A stretch of 64,000 nucleotides of DNA from NCBI GenBank assembly GCA_031441465.1, contig JANOEP010000039.1, forward strand, positions 52,906 through 116,905, in the 5' to 3' direction. A model generated the notes under the pieces. The model did no database searches and was not told the origin of the DNA. It saw only the letters and a list, made by a program, of their open reading frames with translations. Below, in pieces: positions 11,275 through 21,706 of the stretch. A program made the translations under genes and the position numbers. The number at the start of each line of letters is the position of its first letter. The stretch's first letter is position 1. The stretch comes from a bacterium. GTDB taxonomy: Bacteria; Krumholzibacteriota; Krumholzibacteriia; LZORAL124-64-63.

Positions 11275-12136
11275 ATGAAGATTCTCATCGCCGGTTCGCC
11301 GAAGACCGGAACTACCGGACTTTACTACAAGTTACGAAATTCGTGGGGGGGGGGGCAGCCCTAGGCTGCTCTTCGAGGAACCCGAGCCCTACCAGCCCGA
11401 ACTCGGTGACGACAAGCGTGGTGTTCTGGCCAAAGTCGTCATCAATCCCGACACCGAGGATCTGACGCCGTACCTGCACTTCGACCGCAAGATCGCCATC
11501 ATCCGCGATCCCCGCGACACGCTGATCAGCCGCCTGATGTACGGCATCGGCTACCACAGCCCCTACGACCGCGACGACCACATGGTCGCCCGCATGTACG
11601 CGTTCTTGAGACGGATGGAGGCGTCGGGCGGCGCGCTCGGCGTCCTGGACCTCATCCGCTTCGACTGGGCGCTGCGTGGGATCGCGCACGACGATACGTC
11701 CGTTCGCGCTCACTACGCGTCGGAGTGGGGCAGGATCGAGAGCTTCTACGCGCGCTACCCCGACTTCTTCCCGTTCAAGTACGAGGACTTCGTGGCGGGG
11801 CGGCTGGAGGCACTGTCGGAGTATCTCGGCATGGAACTCACGGGCTCGGCCGAGGTCGATCCGAAGCATCATCGGGTTGTCAGGACAAAGTCTTCTGGCG
11901 ACTGGCGGCAGTGGTTCCAGGCCGAGGACGTGGCGCTCTTCAGGAATATCTACGAGGATTTCCTGGTCCGGTACGGCTACGACCCTGGGTGGACGTCGAG
12001 CGCGTCGCCGCGGATCGAGCCGCAGTTCGCGTCCGAGTACTTCTATCGGTTGGTATCCGAGAAGCGGGCCTTGATCCTGCGGCCGGTGACGCGAGAGACG
12101 CTGCTGCAGCTCGCTGCGCAGCAGGAAGCGTCCTGA
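11275..12136 (+). pseudogene. Sulfotransferase-family gene frameshifted at a G11 homopolymer
   Basis: ATG at 11275 after AGGAGG encodes MKILIAGSPKTGTTGLY (5'-PSB loop) and stops at TAG 11362-11364. The +1 frame continues with IIRDPRDTLIS (3'-PB), KYEDF and GDWRQWF. Removing one G from 11345-11355 restores a single ORF. Confidence 0.8.
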
Positions 12137-12206
12137 GTCGGAGGTGAGGGAAGTACTCTGCGGATCGGCACGCCGGCGAGCATCGACACGTTTGATGAAT
12201 GAACAC

Positions 12207-12232
12207 GGTCATCCCTGATCCCAGGGATGGCC
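12207..12232. terminator. Hairpin between convergent genes
   Basis: GGTCATCCCTG-ATCC-CAGGGATGGCC stem-loop; no clear U-tract. Confidence 0.4.
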
Positions 12233-12280
12233 GGCATGAAAGCACAAAACCCGCACCCGCCCGGCATCACCGCTCGGAAC

Positions 12281-13339
12281 TCAGCAGATCCGCGGCAACT
12301 GCAACCCCAGCGGCATGTCCACGATGCGCTCGATGCCCAACGCCGTGCGCACCGTGACCAGGCCAGGCTCTCCCGCGACGACCTCGCCGATCACGGCCGC
12401 GTAGCGGCCCAGGGGATGGGCCCGCAGGGCGGCCAGCGCGGCCGCCACCTCGGCGGCCGGCACCACCGCCACCAGTTTCCCCTCGTTCGCCACATACATC
12501 GGATCGATGCCCAGGATCTCGCAGGCGGCCTCCGTGTCGGATCGCACCGGCACGGCCCCGTCCTCGACGCGGATCCCGACACGCGAGGCGCGGGCGAACT
12601 CGTTCAGCGTGGTGGCCAGTCCGCCGCGGGTGGGATCGCGCAGCGCGCGCAGGCCCGGCGCCGCCGCCAGCAGGTCGGCGACCAGGCCGCCGAGGGCGGC
12701 GGTGTCGCTCGTGATCGTCGAGCGGAAGCTCAGTCCCTCGCGCACCGACATCACGGCCATGCCGTGGTCGGCGATCGTGCCCGAGATCAGCACCGCGTCG
12801 CCGGGTCGCAGCGAGGCGGCCGACAGCGCCACGCCCTCGGGCACGACCCCGATCCCCGAGGTGTTGACGAACATCCCGTCGCAGCTGCCGCGGTCGACGA
12901 CCTTGGTGTCGCCGGTCACGACGCTCACGCCGGCGGCGCGGGCCGCCCGCTCCATCGAGCCCAGGATCCGGTCCAGCAGCGCCAGCGGCAGTCCCTCTTC
13001 CAGCACCAGACCCACGCTCAGGTACAGCGGGCGCGCCCCGCTCATGGCCACGTCGTTGACGGTGCCGTTGACGGCGAGGTCGCCGATGTCGCCGCCGGGG
13101 AATTCCAGCGGCGTGACCACAAAGGTGTCGGTGGAGAAGGCGACGCGGCCGGGCGGCAGCGTGAAGACGGCCTGGTCCTCGAGCTTCGCGAGTAGTTCGT
13201 GGCGGAAGTGCGGCAGCACGTGCGCGTCGATCAGCTCGGCCGACATCCGGCCGCCGGCGCCGTGAGCGAGCTGCACGGTGTCGTGGCCGGTCAGCGGCGC
13301 CGGGCAGGCCATCCGGTCGAATTCGGGGGCATCGCTCAC
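12281..13339 (-). CDS. hypE: Hydrogenase maturation protein HypE
   Basis: [44 protein letters not shown] and C-terminal LPRIC. Confidence 0.96.
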   Translation of the reverse strand: MSDAPEFDRMACPAPLTGHDTVQLAHGAGGRMSAELIDAHVLPHFRHELLAKLEDQAVFTLPPGRVAFSTDTFVVTPLEFPGGDIGDLAVNGTVNDVAMSGARPLYLSVGLVLEEGLPLALLDRILGSMERAARAAGVSVVTGDTKVVDRGSCDGMFVNTSGIGVVPEGVALSAASLRPGDAVLISGTIADHGMAVMSVREGLSFRSTITSDTAALGGLVADLLAAAPGLRALRDPTRGGLATTLNEFARASRVGIRVEDGAVPVRSDTEAACEILGIDPMYVANEGKLVAVVPAAEVAAALAALRAHPLGRYAAVIGEVVAGEPGLVTVRTALGIERIVDMPLGLQLPRIC

Positions 13340-14427
13340 GGGTTCCTCCGGTGGTACTTCCAGTAGGCGGCGCAGGCGCCCTCGCTCGAGACCATGGTGG
13401 CGCCCAGGGGCGTCGCGGGCGTGCAGGCCTTGCCGAAGGCGGCGCACTGGTCGGGCTTCTTCACGCCCTGCAGGATCTCGCCGCTGATGCACTCGCGCGG
13501 CTCTTGCGGTGCGATGTCGCCCACGTCGAAGCGCCGCTCGGCGTCGAAGGCGGCGTAGGCGGCGCGCAGGCGCAGGCCGCTGCGCGGGATCGCGCCGATG
13601 CCGCGCCAGGGGCGGTCGCAGACCTCGAAAACCTCGTCCACCACGGCGCGCGCGGCGGGGTTGCCGTCGCGCTTCACGATGCGGGCGTAGCGGTTCTCGA
13701 CGCCCGACTCGCCCCGCTCGAGCATCTCCACGCAGCAGAGGATCCCCTGCAGCAGGTCGACCGGTTCGAAGCCCGTCGGCACGATCGGCACGCCGAAGCG
13801 CGCGGCCAGCGGCTCGTACTCCCGCCAGCCCATCACGGCGCAGACGTGGCCCGCGGCCAGGAAACCCTGCACCCGGTTCGCGGGAGCGCCGAGGATGGCG
13901 GCCATCGCCGGGGGCACCAGCACGTGGCTGACGAGTTCGCTGAAGTTGGCCAACCCCTCGCGCGCCGCCTGCCGGACGGCCAGGGCGTTGCCCGGGGCGG
14001 TCGTCTCGAAACCCACGGCCAGGAACACGACCTCGCGGTCGGGATGGCGGCGGGCCAGCTGGAGCGCCTCGAGTGGGGAGTCGACGAAGCGCACGTCGCC
14101 GCCGCGCGACTTGACCCGCAGCAGGTCGTCCCGCGAACCGGGCACGCGCAGCATGTCGCCGAAGGAGGTGAAGATCACGCCGGGGCGCGCGGCGATCGCC
14201 AGCGCGCGGTCGATCGTCTCGAGCGGCGTCACGCACACCGGGCAGCCCGGGCCGTGGACCAGGGTCAGCCCGGGCGGCAGCAGCTGGTCGAGGCCGTGGC
14301 GCAGGATGGCGTGCGTCTGGCCGCCGCAGATCTCCATGAGCGTCCAGGGCCGCGTCGCCGTCGCGGCGATGCGCTCCAGCAGGGTGCGGCACGGACCGGG
14401 GGCGCGGTACTCCTGCAGGAACTTCAC
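13336..14427 (-). CDS. hypD: Hydrogenase maturation protein HypD
   Basis: [29 protein letters not shown] and [10 protein letters not shown] motifs. Confidence 0.96.
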   Translation of the reverse strand: MKFLQEYRAPGPCRTLLERIAATATRPWTLMEICGGQTHAILRHGLDQLLPPGLTLVHGPGCPVCVTPLETIDRALAIAARPGVIFTSFGDMLRVPGSRDDLLRVKSRGGDVRFVDSPLEALQLARRHPDREVVFLAVGFETTAPGNALAVRQAAREGLANFSELVSHVLVPPAMAAILGAPANRVQGFLAAGHVCAVMGWREYEPLAARFGVPIVPTGFEPVDLLQGILCCVEMLERGESGVENRYARIVKRDGNPAARAVVDEVFEVCDRPWRGIGAIPRSGLRLRAAYAAFDAERRFDVGDIAPQEPRECISGEILQGVKKPDQCAAFGKACTPATPLGATMVSSEGACAAYWKYHRRNP

Positions 14428-14729
14428 GGGAGCTTGTCCGCGCCGTCGGTGTCGGCGTTGCCGGTGTTGCCGGCGTCGCCGTTCGGCAGGCTGTCGGCCT
14501 CGATCAGCGCGTTGAGGTCCGAGAGCGTGGCCAGGGAGGCCGCCGCCTCTTCCTCGTCGAGCACCTGCAGGGCGAACCCCGCGTGCACGATGACCCACGA
14601 GCCCTCGACGGCCTCGGGCGTGTAGGCCAGGCAGGCTGCGCCCACCACGCCGGCGTAGTCGATGCGGCCCATCGGTAGGCCGTTCTCCTGATAGATCTCG
14701 ATTACCTGGCCGGGAACGGCGAGGCACAT
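14424..14729 (-). CDS. hypC: Hydrogenase chaperone HypC
   Basis: N-terminal MCLAVPG and VIVHAGFA. Confidence 0.95.
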   Translation of the reverse strand: MCLAVPGQVIEIYQENGLPMGRIDYAGVVGAACLAYTPEAVEGSWVIVHAGFALQVLDEEEAAASLATLSDLNALIEADSLPNGDAGNTGNADTDGADKLP

Positions 14730-14803
14730 GGCGGTCCTCCCGGGTGTGGGATGTCGGGGCGAAGATAGACCACGGGGGCGGCCCCGTCCAACGCGGCGCG
14801 GGC

Positions 14804-17086
14804 TCACGCGAGCCCGGCCCGCGCGACGGCGGCCTGGCCGAAGGCCACCGCGCCGTCGTTGGGCGGCAGTTCCCGCGGCAGCAACGGCTGCAGCCCGGCT
14901 GCAGAGAGCAGCGGTGGCAACAGCGTGACCAGGATCTCGTTCTGGAAACTGCCGCCGCCCAGCGCGACCGTGCGCAGCCCGGTCGTCCGCGAGGCTCGTC
15001 GAGCCGCCTCGACCAGCAGTTCCAGCAGGGTGCGGTGGAAGCGCGCGCTGATCTCGGCCGCGCCCGCCCCGGCCAGCACGGCCGCGACGACGCCCCGGAT
15101 GATCGGCGCGCAGGGCAGCTGCAGTCCACCATCGTGGTCGTCGATCTCCCAGGCGAAGGGCCGGGCCGCCTCGACGGCGGCGCAATTCGTCAGGGCCGTC
15201 AGCTCGATCGCGGCCTGCCCTTCGTAGCGCGCCTCGTCCCAGCCGCCGGTCAGCGCCGCCACGGCGTCGAACAGCCGGCCGCAGCTGCTGGTCGACGGCG
15301 CGTTGATCCTGCGGTCGATCATCTGCAGCACGACCCCGACGTCCTTGCCCGCGAGGAAGGGCAGCGCTGGCAGCTCGTCGCCGTAGGCCGCGCGCAGGTG
15401 GCTCAAGGCGGTGCGCCAGGGGTGGCGGATCGCGGCGTCGCCGCCGGGCAGCGGCACGCACGACAGGTGGCCCACGCGGGTGAAGGCGGACGCGTTCCCG
15501 GCGAGGATCTCGCCGCCCCAGATCGTGCCGTCCGTGCCGTAGCCGGTGCCGTCGAGGATCAAGCCGAGAGCCGGTTCCTGGTGCCGGTGCTCGGCCAGGA
15601 CGGCGGCCAGGTGGGCGTGGTGGTGCTGCACCGGAACCAGGCGCTTGCCGGCGCCGCGGGCCTGTTCCCGCGCCCACTGCGTGCTGAGGTAGCCGGGGTG
15701 CAGGTCGTGGGCGATCGTTTCCGGCTCGCACTCCAGCAGTTCCTGCAGCGTGCGGATCGATTCCTTGAAGTAGCCGTAGGCCGCCAGGTTCTGCAGGTCG
15801 CCGACGTGGGGCGACAGGAAGGCGCGGCTTTCCTTCAGCAGGCAGACGGTGTTCTTCAGTTCGGGGCCGACCGCGAGGACGGGTTCACCGCGCCCGCCCA
15901 GCGACACCGGCAGGGGCGCGTAGCCGCGGCTGCGGCGGTGCAGGAGCGGGCGGCCCGCCATGACCTGGGCCACCGAATCGTCCGCGCGGCGCAGGATGCC
16001 GCGGTCGTGGAGCAGCCAGGCGTCGGCGATGCCCCGCAGGCGCGCGCGGGCCTCGTCGTCGTCGAGGCAGATGGGCTCGTCGCCGGCGTTGCCCGAGGTC
16101 ATCACCAGCGCGGTCACGCCGCAGGCACACGCTTCTTCCAGCAGCAGCAGGTGCAGCGGCGTGTAGGCGAGCATCACGCCGAGCCGGCGGTGGCCGGGCG
16201 CGACGGCGGCGGCGATCGCGGCGTCCGCGCGGCGCTCCAGCAGGACGATCGGCGCCTGGGGCGAGTTCAGCAGCGCGGCTTCGTCGTCGCCGACGAGAGC
16301 CAGCGCCCGCGCCGCGTCGAGATCGGCGACCATCAACGCCAACGGCTTCGCCTCGCGGCCCTTGCGCGCGCGCAGCCGCAGCACGGCCGCCTCGTCGTCG
16401 GCGCGCACGGCCAGATGGAAGCCGCCGAGGCCCTTGACCGCGAGGATGCGGCCGGCGGCCAGCAGGCGCGCGGCTTCGCACAGCGGGTCGGCGCCGGGAT
16501 CGACGCCATCGCCTGCCAACTCCAGGCGGGGCCCGCAGGCGGGGCAGGCGTTGGGCTGGGCGTGGAAGCGCCGGTCGCGCGGGTCGTGGTACTCGCGCGC
16601 GCAGTCGGGGCACATCGTGAACGGCGCCATGCTGGTGAAGGGGCGGTCGTAGGGGATGCGCCCGATGATCGTCCAGCGCGGGCCGCAGTTGGTGCAGTTG
16701 GTGAAGGCGTAGCGATGGCGGCGGTCTCGGGGGTCGCGGATCTCGCGGCGGCAGTCGGCGCAGACGGCGCTGTCGGCCGGCACGCAGGTCGAGGTGCCCG
16801 GCGAGTCGCGGCTCGGCAGGATGGCGAAGCCGACAACGCCGGTGGGGGCGATCGGCTCGACGGCGACCGACTCGATGCGGGACAGGGGCGGCGCTTCGGC
16901 CGCGAGCAGACGCCGGAAGGTCGCGACGTCGTCGCTGTCGCCCTCGATCTCGAGGAGCACGCCCTCGCTGTCGTTGGCGACGTGCCCGGCGAGCCCGAGC
17001 CTCTCGGCCAGGTTGAAGACGAAGGGGCGGAAACCGACTCCCTGGACGACGCCGTCGACGCGAAGCCGGTGCCGCAGCGGCGTCAT
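14804..17086 (-). CDS. hypF: Carbamoyltransferase HypF
   Basis: [11 protein letters not shown] acylphosphatase domain, two Zn fingers, [25 protein letters not shown] and PPNDG. Confidence 0.97.
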   Translation of the reverse strand: MTPLRHRLRVDGVVQGVGFRPFVFNLAERLGLAGHVANDSEGVLLEIEGDSDDVATFRRLLAAEAPPLSRIESVAVEPIAPTGVVGFAILPSRDSPGTSTCVPADSAVCADCRREIRDPRDRRHRYAFTNCTNCGPRWTIIGRIPYDRPFTSMAPFTMCPDCAREYHDPRDRRFHAQPNACPACGPRLELAGDGVDPGADPLCEAARLLAAGRILAVKGLGGFHLAVRADDEAAVLRLRARKGREAKPLALMVADLDAARALALVGDDEAALLNSPQAPIVLLERRADAAIAAAVAPGHRRLGVMLAYTPLHLLLLEEACACGVTALVMTSGNAGDEPICLDDDEARARLRGIADAWLLHDRGILRRADDSVAQVMAGRPLLHRRSRGYAPLPVSLGGRGEPVLAVGPELKNTVCLLKESRAFLSPHVGDLQNLAAYGYFKESIRTLQELLECEPETIAHDLHPGYLSTQWAREQARGAGKRLVPVQHHHAHLAAVLAEHRHQEPALGLILDGTGYGTDGTIWGGEILAGNASAFTRVGHLSCVPLPGGDAAIRHPWRTALSHLRAAYGDELPALPFLAGKDVGVVLQMIDRRINAPSTSSCGRLFDAVAALTGGWDEARYEGQAAIELTALTNCAAVEAARPFAWEIDDHDGGLQLPCAPIIRGVVAAVLAGAGAAEISARFHRTLLELLVEAARRASRTTGLRTVALGGGSFQNEILVTLLPPLLSAAGLQPLLPRELPPNDGAVAFGQAAVARAGLA

Positions 17087-17087
17087 T

Positions 17088-17879
17088 TCAGCGGGCCGCC
17101 GCGGCGCGGCGCGCCCGCAGCCACCCGTACCAGCCCTCGAGCCCCTCGCCGCGGGTCGCCGACAGCTCCACGAAGGCCAGCGCCGGGTTCACGCGCCGCG
17201 CGGCGGCCTTGCAGGCCTCGACGTCGAAGTCGACGTGGGGCAGCAGGTCGGTCTTGTTGATCACGCACAGCTGCGCCGCGGCGAACATCGTGGGGTACTT
17301 CTGCGGTTTGTCGTCGCCCTCGGTCACCGAGATGATCACGACCTTGGCGTGCTCGCCCAGATCGAACAGGGCGGGGCAGACCAGGTTGCCCACGTTCTCG
17401 ATCATCAGCACGCCGCCCGCCGGCACCTCCAGGTCGGTCAGCGCGCGGCGGATCATCTCGGCGTCCAGGTGGCAGCCGAAGCCGGTGTTGATCTGCACGA
17501 CCGGAGCGCCGGCGGCCGCGATGCGCTCGGCGTCGTTGAGGGTCTGCTGGTCGCCCTCGATCACCGCCAGCGGCATCTCGCCCCGGAGGTCGCGGATCGT
17601 GCGCTCGAGCAGCGAAGTCTTGCCGGACCCGGGCGACGAGACGAGGTTCAGCGCCAGCACGCCGCGGCCTTCGAACCAGCCCCGGTTGCGCTCGGCCACC
17701 AGGTCGTTGCGCCGCAGGATGTCCTGCTCCACGGACAGCCGGCGGCCGCCGCCGTGATCGTGATCATGATGATGGTCGTGAGGATGATCATGGGGATGAT
17801 CATGGGGATGATCGTGCTCGCCGGGTTTGCGGTAGGTCACCGCGTCGGGGGGCTGGTTGCAGCCGCACGTGTCGCACAT
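17088..17879 (-). CDS. hypB: Nickel-insertion GTPase HypB
   Basis: MCDTCGC N-terminus, His-rich linker, SSPGSGKT, GCHLDA, ENVGNLVCP and NKTDL. Confidence 0.97.
   Translation of the reverse strand: MCDTCGCNQPPDAVTYRKPGEHDHPHDHPHDHPHDHHHDHDHGGGRRLSVEQDILRRNDLVAERNRGWFEGRGVLALNLVSSPGSGKTSLLERTIRDLRGEMPLAVIEGDQQTLNDAERIAAAGAPVVQINTGFGCHLDAEMIRRALTDLEVPAGGVLMIENVGNLVCPALFDLGEHAKVVIISVTEGDDKPQKYPTMFAAAQLCVINKTDLLPHVDFDVEACKAAARRVNPALAFVELSATRGEGLEGWYGWLRARRAAAAR
17755..17817 (-). repeat. His-Asp-His-Pro tandem repeat inside hypB
   Basis: Imperfect 12-bp units (GATCATGGGGAT on the + strand) encoding HDHPHDHPHDHPHDHHHDHDH. Confidence 0.85.
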
Positions 17880-17902
17880 GACGCCCTCCCGGGGCCTGGT
17901 GT

Positions 17903-18241
17903 TCAGTCGATGTCGAGGCAGGCGACGCGCAGCTCGCGTCCGCCCACGACCGCCAGGCACCCGCCGCAGGCGGGGCACAGGGCCGCATAGAAGTCGATCT
18001 CGGTTTCGGCGCCGCAGGCCGGGCAGAGGCCGCGGCCGGGGATCTCGCGGACGACCAGTTCGGCGCCGGCGGCCAACGTCCCGAGGCGGGCCGTCTCGAA
18101 GCAGAACACCAACGCGGACACTTCGACGCCGGCTAGGCGCCCGATCTCCACCGTGACGGTGTTGATGCGCGCGGCGCCCGCCTCGCGGGCCCGTTCCTCG
18201 GCGATCTCGAGGATGCCGGCGACCAGGGTCATCTCGTGCAT
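17903..18241 (-). CDS. hypA: Nickel metallochaperone HypA
   Basis: MHE N-terminus, two CPAC motifs and GRELRV. Confidence 0.96.
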   Translation of the reverse strand: MHEMTLVAGILEIAEERAREAGAARINTVTVEIGRLAGVEVSALVFCFETARLGTLAAGAELVVREIPGRGLCPACGAETEIDFYAALCPACGGCLAVVGGRELRVACLDID

Positions 18242-18353
18242 GCCGCCTCCCGGATCCCAATATAACACTTGGGGTTGGGACCACAAGCCGACCTTGCGGC
18301 CGGAGGTTCCCCGTTGCACCTTGGAGGGGCCGCACACCCACAGGAGGGGTCCC

Positions 18354-19685
18354 ATGAACCAGCCCGCCTCACCGCCGCCCGTGATGTCCGCCCAGTTCGC
18401 CGGCCGCCAGCCCTCGGTCATCCGCATGGCCCAGATCCGCTTCGACGAGCGCCGCGACGGGACCGAGGCGATCAATGTGGCGATCGGCAACGTCTCGCTG
18501 CCGATGTACCCGGCCATGCAGGAACGCATGAAGCACCTCGACGCGCCTCGGAGCCCGTTCCGCGACGGCGTCGTGAAGTACTCGGCGACTGCCGGGACCC
18601 AGGAGTGCGTCGACGCCTTCATGAACGTGATCGCCAGCAGCGGTTTCGACACCGCAGGCCTGCACGCCCACATCACCGAGGGCGGCACCCAGGCGATGGA
18701 GTTGCTGGTCGTGGGCGTCTGCGGCCCCGCCGGCACGGACGAGGCCCCGCTGCTCCTGATCGACGCCGCCTACACCAACTACAAGACGCTCTGCGAGCGG
18801 CTCGGCCGCGCCACCTGCTCGGTGCAGCGCCGGCTCGGCGATGACGGCAAGTTCAGCCTGCCCGATCCCGCGCGCCTGGAACAGGTCATCCGGGAGAAGA
18901 AGCCCCGCGCGATGGTCGTGATCCCCTACGACAACCCGACCGGCCAGTACTACGACCACGAGGCGCTGGTGGCGCTGGCCCGCCTCGCGGTGAAGCACAA
19001 CCTGTGGCTGGTGAGCGACGAGGCCTACCGAGAGCTGTACTACACCGGCGGCCGCTGTGCGAGCCTCTGGGGCGTGACCGAGGCCGAAGCGCCCGGCATC
19101 ACCGGCCGCCGCATCGGCATCGAGACCACCTCGAAGGTCTGGAACGCCTGCGGCCTGCGCATCGGCGCCCTGGTCACCGACAACGAGCAGTTCCACCGCA
19201 AGGCCATCGCCGAGCACACCGTCAGCCTCTGCAGCAGCGTGATCGGCCAGTACATCTTCGGCGCGGTGGCCCACGAGGACCACGCGACGCTGCGCGCCTG
19301 GTACGACCGCCAGCGCGAGTACTACCGCGGCATGCTCTTCGACTTCACGTCGCGGATGCGCGCCGCCCTGCCCGGCGTGATCGTGTCGAGCCCCGACGCC
19401 GCCATCTACTCGGTGCTGGACGTGCGCAACATCGTGGCCGACGGTTTCGACGCCCTGGACTTCGTCCTGTGGTGCGCTTCCGAAGGCCAGGTCGTCGCCG
19501 GCGGGAAGGCGCTCACCGTGCTGACCGCCCCGATGGCCGGTTTCTACAGCGTGCCCGAGGGCGTCCCCAACCCCGGCCGCACCCAGATGCGCGTGGCCTA
19601 CGTCGAGACGCCCGAGCGCATGGCGATGATCCCGGAGCTGTTCGCGGACCTGCTGCGGCAGTACGAGAGGAAGCGGGCGGGCTGA
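18354..19685 (+). CDS. PLP-dependent aminotransferase class I/II
   Basis: YDNPTG, SDEAY and TSKVWNACGLRIG (PLP lysine). Confidence 0.9.
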   Translation: MNQPASPPPVMSAQFAGRQPSVIRMAQIRFDERRDGTEAINVAIGNVSLPMYPAMQERMKHLDAPRSPFRDGVVKYSATAGTQECVDAFMNVIASSGFDTAGLHAHITEGGTQAMELLVVGVCGPAGTDEAPLLLIDAAYTNYKTLCERLGRATCSVQRRLGDDGKFSLPDPARLEQVIREKKPRAMVVIPYDNPTGQYYDHEALVALARLAVKHNLWLVSDEAYRELYYTGGRCASLWGVTEAEAPGITGRRIGIETTSKVWNACGLRIGALVTDNEQFHRKAIAEHTVSLCSSVIGQYIFGAVAHEDHATLRAWYDRQREYYRGMLFDFTSRMRAALPGVIVSSPDAAIYSVLDVRNIVADGFDALDFVLWCASEGQVVAGGKALTVLTAPMAGFYSVPEGVPNPGRTQMRVAYVETPERMAMIPELFADLLRQYERKRAG

Positions 19686-19714
19686 GGCGCGGCCCGCCGG
19701 CCGGATCGCACGGG

Positions 19715-19740
19715 AAAGGGAGCCGCCGCCGGCTCCCTTT
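19715..19740. terminator. Bidirectional intrinsic terminator
   Basis: AAAGGGAGCC-GCCGCC-GGCTCCCTTT between convergent genes. Confidence 0.7.
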
Positions 19741-19761
19741 CTGCGTCCCGGCACGGGAATC

Positions 19762-20205
19762 TCAGCGGTACAGGGCTTTCACGGCTCCCCAGGATCCGCT
19801 CTCGTAGGGCACGATCTCCAGCATCTGGTAGTCGCAGTGCAGGATGTTGCCGGGGTCGATCGAGTTGCCGTTCAGTTCGACGCGGTACCAACCGATCGGG
19901 TCGGGGATGGCGTCCTCCGCGGGGTCGTACGCGAAGGCGATCGTCTGCCCGACATTCAGCTCCCACATCTCGGGCAGCCCCACACAGCCGTACACGCACT
20001 CCATGGTGCCGAGATGGTAGATGAAACAGGCGGGGAAGGAATTGAAGGAGGCCTGGTTCGGGCCCGCGTTGTGGATGGTGATCGGCACGATGTCGCCCTG
20101 GGAATACTGCGTCGCATCCGTGACGACGCTCAGCTGGGCGACGGCCGATGCGGCCGTCATGCACAAGACTGCCAAGACGATCAGGATGCGAATCGTTCTG
20201 CTCAT
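19762..20205 (-). CDS. Secreted hypothetical protein (Ig-like) with conserved C-terminal tail
   Basis: Sec signal (...ASAVA/Q), beta-rich body, ends VPYESGSWGAVKALYR. Confidence 0.8.
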   Translation of the reverse strand: MSRTIRILIVLAVLCMTAASAVAQLSVVTDATQYSQGDIVPITIHNAGPNQASFNSFPACFIYHLGTMECVYGCVGLPEMWELNVGQTIAFAYDPAEDAIPDPIGWYRVELNGNSIDPGNILHCDYQMLEIVPYESGSWGAVKALYR

Positions 20206-20353
20206 CGCTCATCCCTCCCTGCGCGTTCCCGGAACGCGATGCGTGCGGACATTGGCGGGGAGAAGCAACGTCTTGATGATACGGTATTTCGGCGTCACCG
20301 ACAATCGGCATTCAGGTTGCTGGTGGCGGGCAAGTCCTTGCCGAGCCTCATCG

Positions 20354-20878
20354 TCATTTGAGCGGCCGGCAGCCGCCCTCCACGTACGGCACATACCGCT
20401 TCAGCAGGAAATGCTGCCAGGTCTGCTCCACCACGGCGGGCCAGCCCTCAAGGACCTCGCCGGCGGCGTGGACCTCGACCCGCACCAGCGTGCGCCCCTC
20501 GCCGGCGTCGGCGAAGGTCCAGGTCGTGACCATGTGGATGGCGTGTCCGGTCAGGCCCAGCGGTCCCTCGTAGCGCAGGATCTCGCCGCGGCGCGCGTAA
20601 GTCACGACGGCGTGGCGGATGCCGTCGCCCTGCTCGTCGAAGACCTCGAGGAAACCGCCGCCGGGCTTCGGTTCGACGACCAGGCGCACGGGGTGGTCGG
20701 ACATGGTGTGGTCCCACCAGCCGGAGATGTCGCCGGTGGCGGCGTCGAAGGCCGCGGCCGGCGTCCCGGTCACCGTCGCCTCGACCGTGAAGGCGAACGA
20801 GCCGGTCGGCGGCGCCTCGGCGCGGGCGGACGCGGCGAGCAGCAGCGCGCAGCAGGCGAGGGTCGGGAAACATCGCAT
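20354..20878 (-). CDS. Secreted SRPBCC/AHSA1-like domain protein
   Basis: Signal peptide; AAFDAATGDISGWW, EPKPGGGF, TWTF..AGEGRT.V and W..FL pattern. Confidence 0.75.
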   Translation of the reverse strand: MRCFPTLACCALLLAASARAEAPPTGSFAFTVEATVTGTPAAAFDAATGDISGWWDHTMSDHPVRLVVEPKPGGGFLEVFDEQGDGIRHAVVTYARRGEILRYEGPLGLTGHAIHMVTTWTFADAGEGRTLVRVEVHAAGEVLEGWPAVVEQTWQHFLLKRYVPYVEGGCRPLK

Positions 20879-20898
20879 GGAGGCACCTCCGGTGTTGA

Positions 20899-21702
20899 TC
20901 ATTCGAGGACCGACACGGGATCGCCCGGGCGCAGGTCCCCCTCGCGCACCACGCGCGCGAACACGCCGAACATGACGCCGCCGCTGCATGTGCGGTAGTC
21001 GGTCAGCGTGCGCAACGGTTCCGGTCCGATCTCCCCGGTCAGCGGGTCGACCGTCGTGTTGGGGCAGCGCGGGCACGGGCGCAGGATCTCGAATTCGGCG
21101 CCGCCCGCACGCAGCCGACGCCACCCGTCCTCGGCGTAGGGTTCGCCGCCGCGGATCACCAGATTGGCCCGGAAGCGGTCCATGCCGACGCCGGCTTCGC
21201 CGCGCGCGGCGAGACGGCGGTTCAGGTCGGCGAGCGAGGCCTCGCAGCAGATCAGGTAGGGGGCCGATCCCGCCAGACCGTCGCTGAGCGTGGGGTCGTC
21301 GTCGGCGGAACCGGCGGCGGTTTCCACCAGGTGCGCGAGCCAGACCGTCTCGCCCAGCAGGTCGCTGAAGTAGCGGTTGGCCTCGGGCGCGGCGACCCTG
21401 GCCGCGAGCGTGCGGCGCTTGACGGTGACCGGCAGGGGGGACGCGCTCGCGGGCGGCGGGTCGACGCGCAATATCGGGCCGTCGGTTCCCGAAACGGTGA
21501 GGACGTCGCCGTCGAGGCCGATCGCCACGGTGGCGAGCCGGGGATGGGATTTGAGCATGACGGGTTCGCCCGACTGCGCGACCAGCAGCCACCGGCGGTC
21601 GCGGCGCAGGCCGCGGGCCAGCGCCGCGGCCTCTGTCAGGGGCACCGCGCGCGCGGCTTTGAGGGGGTAGGCGAAGAGGCTGCCGACGAGGAGGTCGCTC
21701 AC
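20899..21702 (-). CDS. MOSC domain protein
   Basis: YPLKA, DRRW, RFRANLV, EDGW, PCPRC and FGV motifs. Confidence 0.9.
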   Translation of the reverse strand: MSDLLVGSLFAYPLKAARAVPLTEAAALARGLRRDRRWLLVAQSGEPVMLKSHPRLATVAIGLDGDVLTVSGTDGPILRVDPPPASASPLPVTVKRRTLAARVAAPEANRYFSDLLGETVWLAHLVETAAGSADDDPTLSDGLAGSAPYLICCEASLADLNRRLAARGEAGVGMDRFRANLVIRGGEPYAEDGWRRLRAGGAEFEILRPCPRCPNTTVDPLTGEIGPEPLRTLTDYRTCSGGVMFGVFARVVREGDLRPGDPVSVLE

Positions 21703-21706
21703 ATCG

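Noticed and set aside
17755..17817. Tandem repeat as a CRISPR or contingency locus
   Set aside because: It is an in-frame His-rich nickel-binding linker typical of HypB, with no spacers.
18242..18353. Riboswitch or ncRNA in the aminotransferase leader (56750-56890 and 58023-58189 also inspected)
   Set aside because: Only generic GC-rich pairing; I recognised no aptamer, T-box or tRNA consensus. An Infernal/Rfam scan would settle it.
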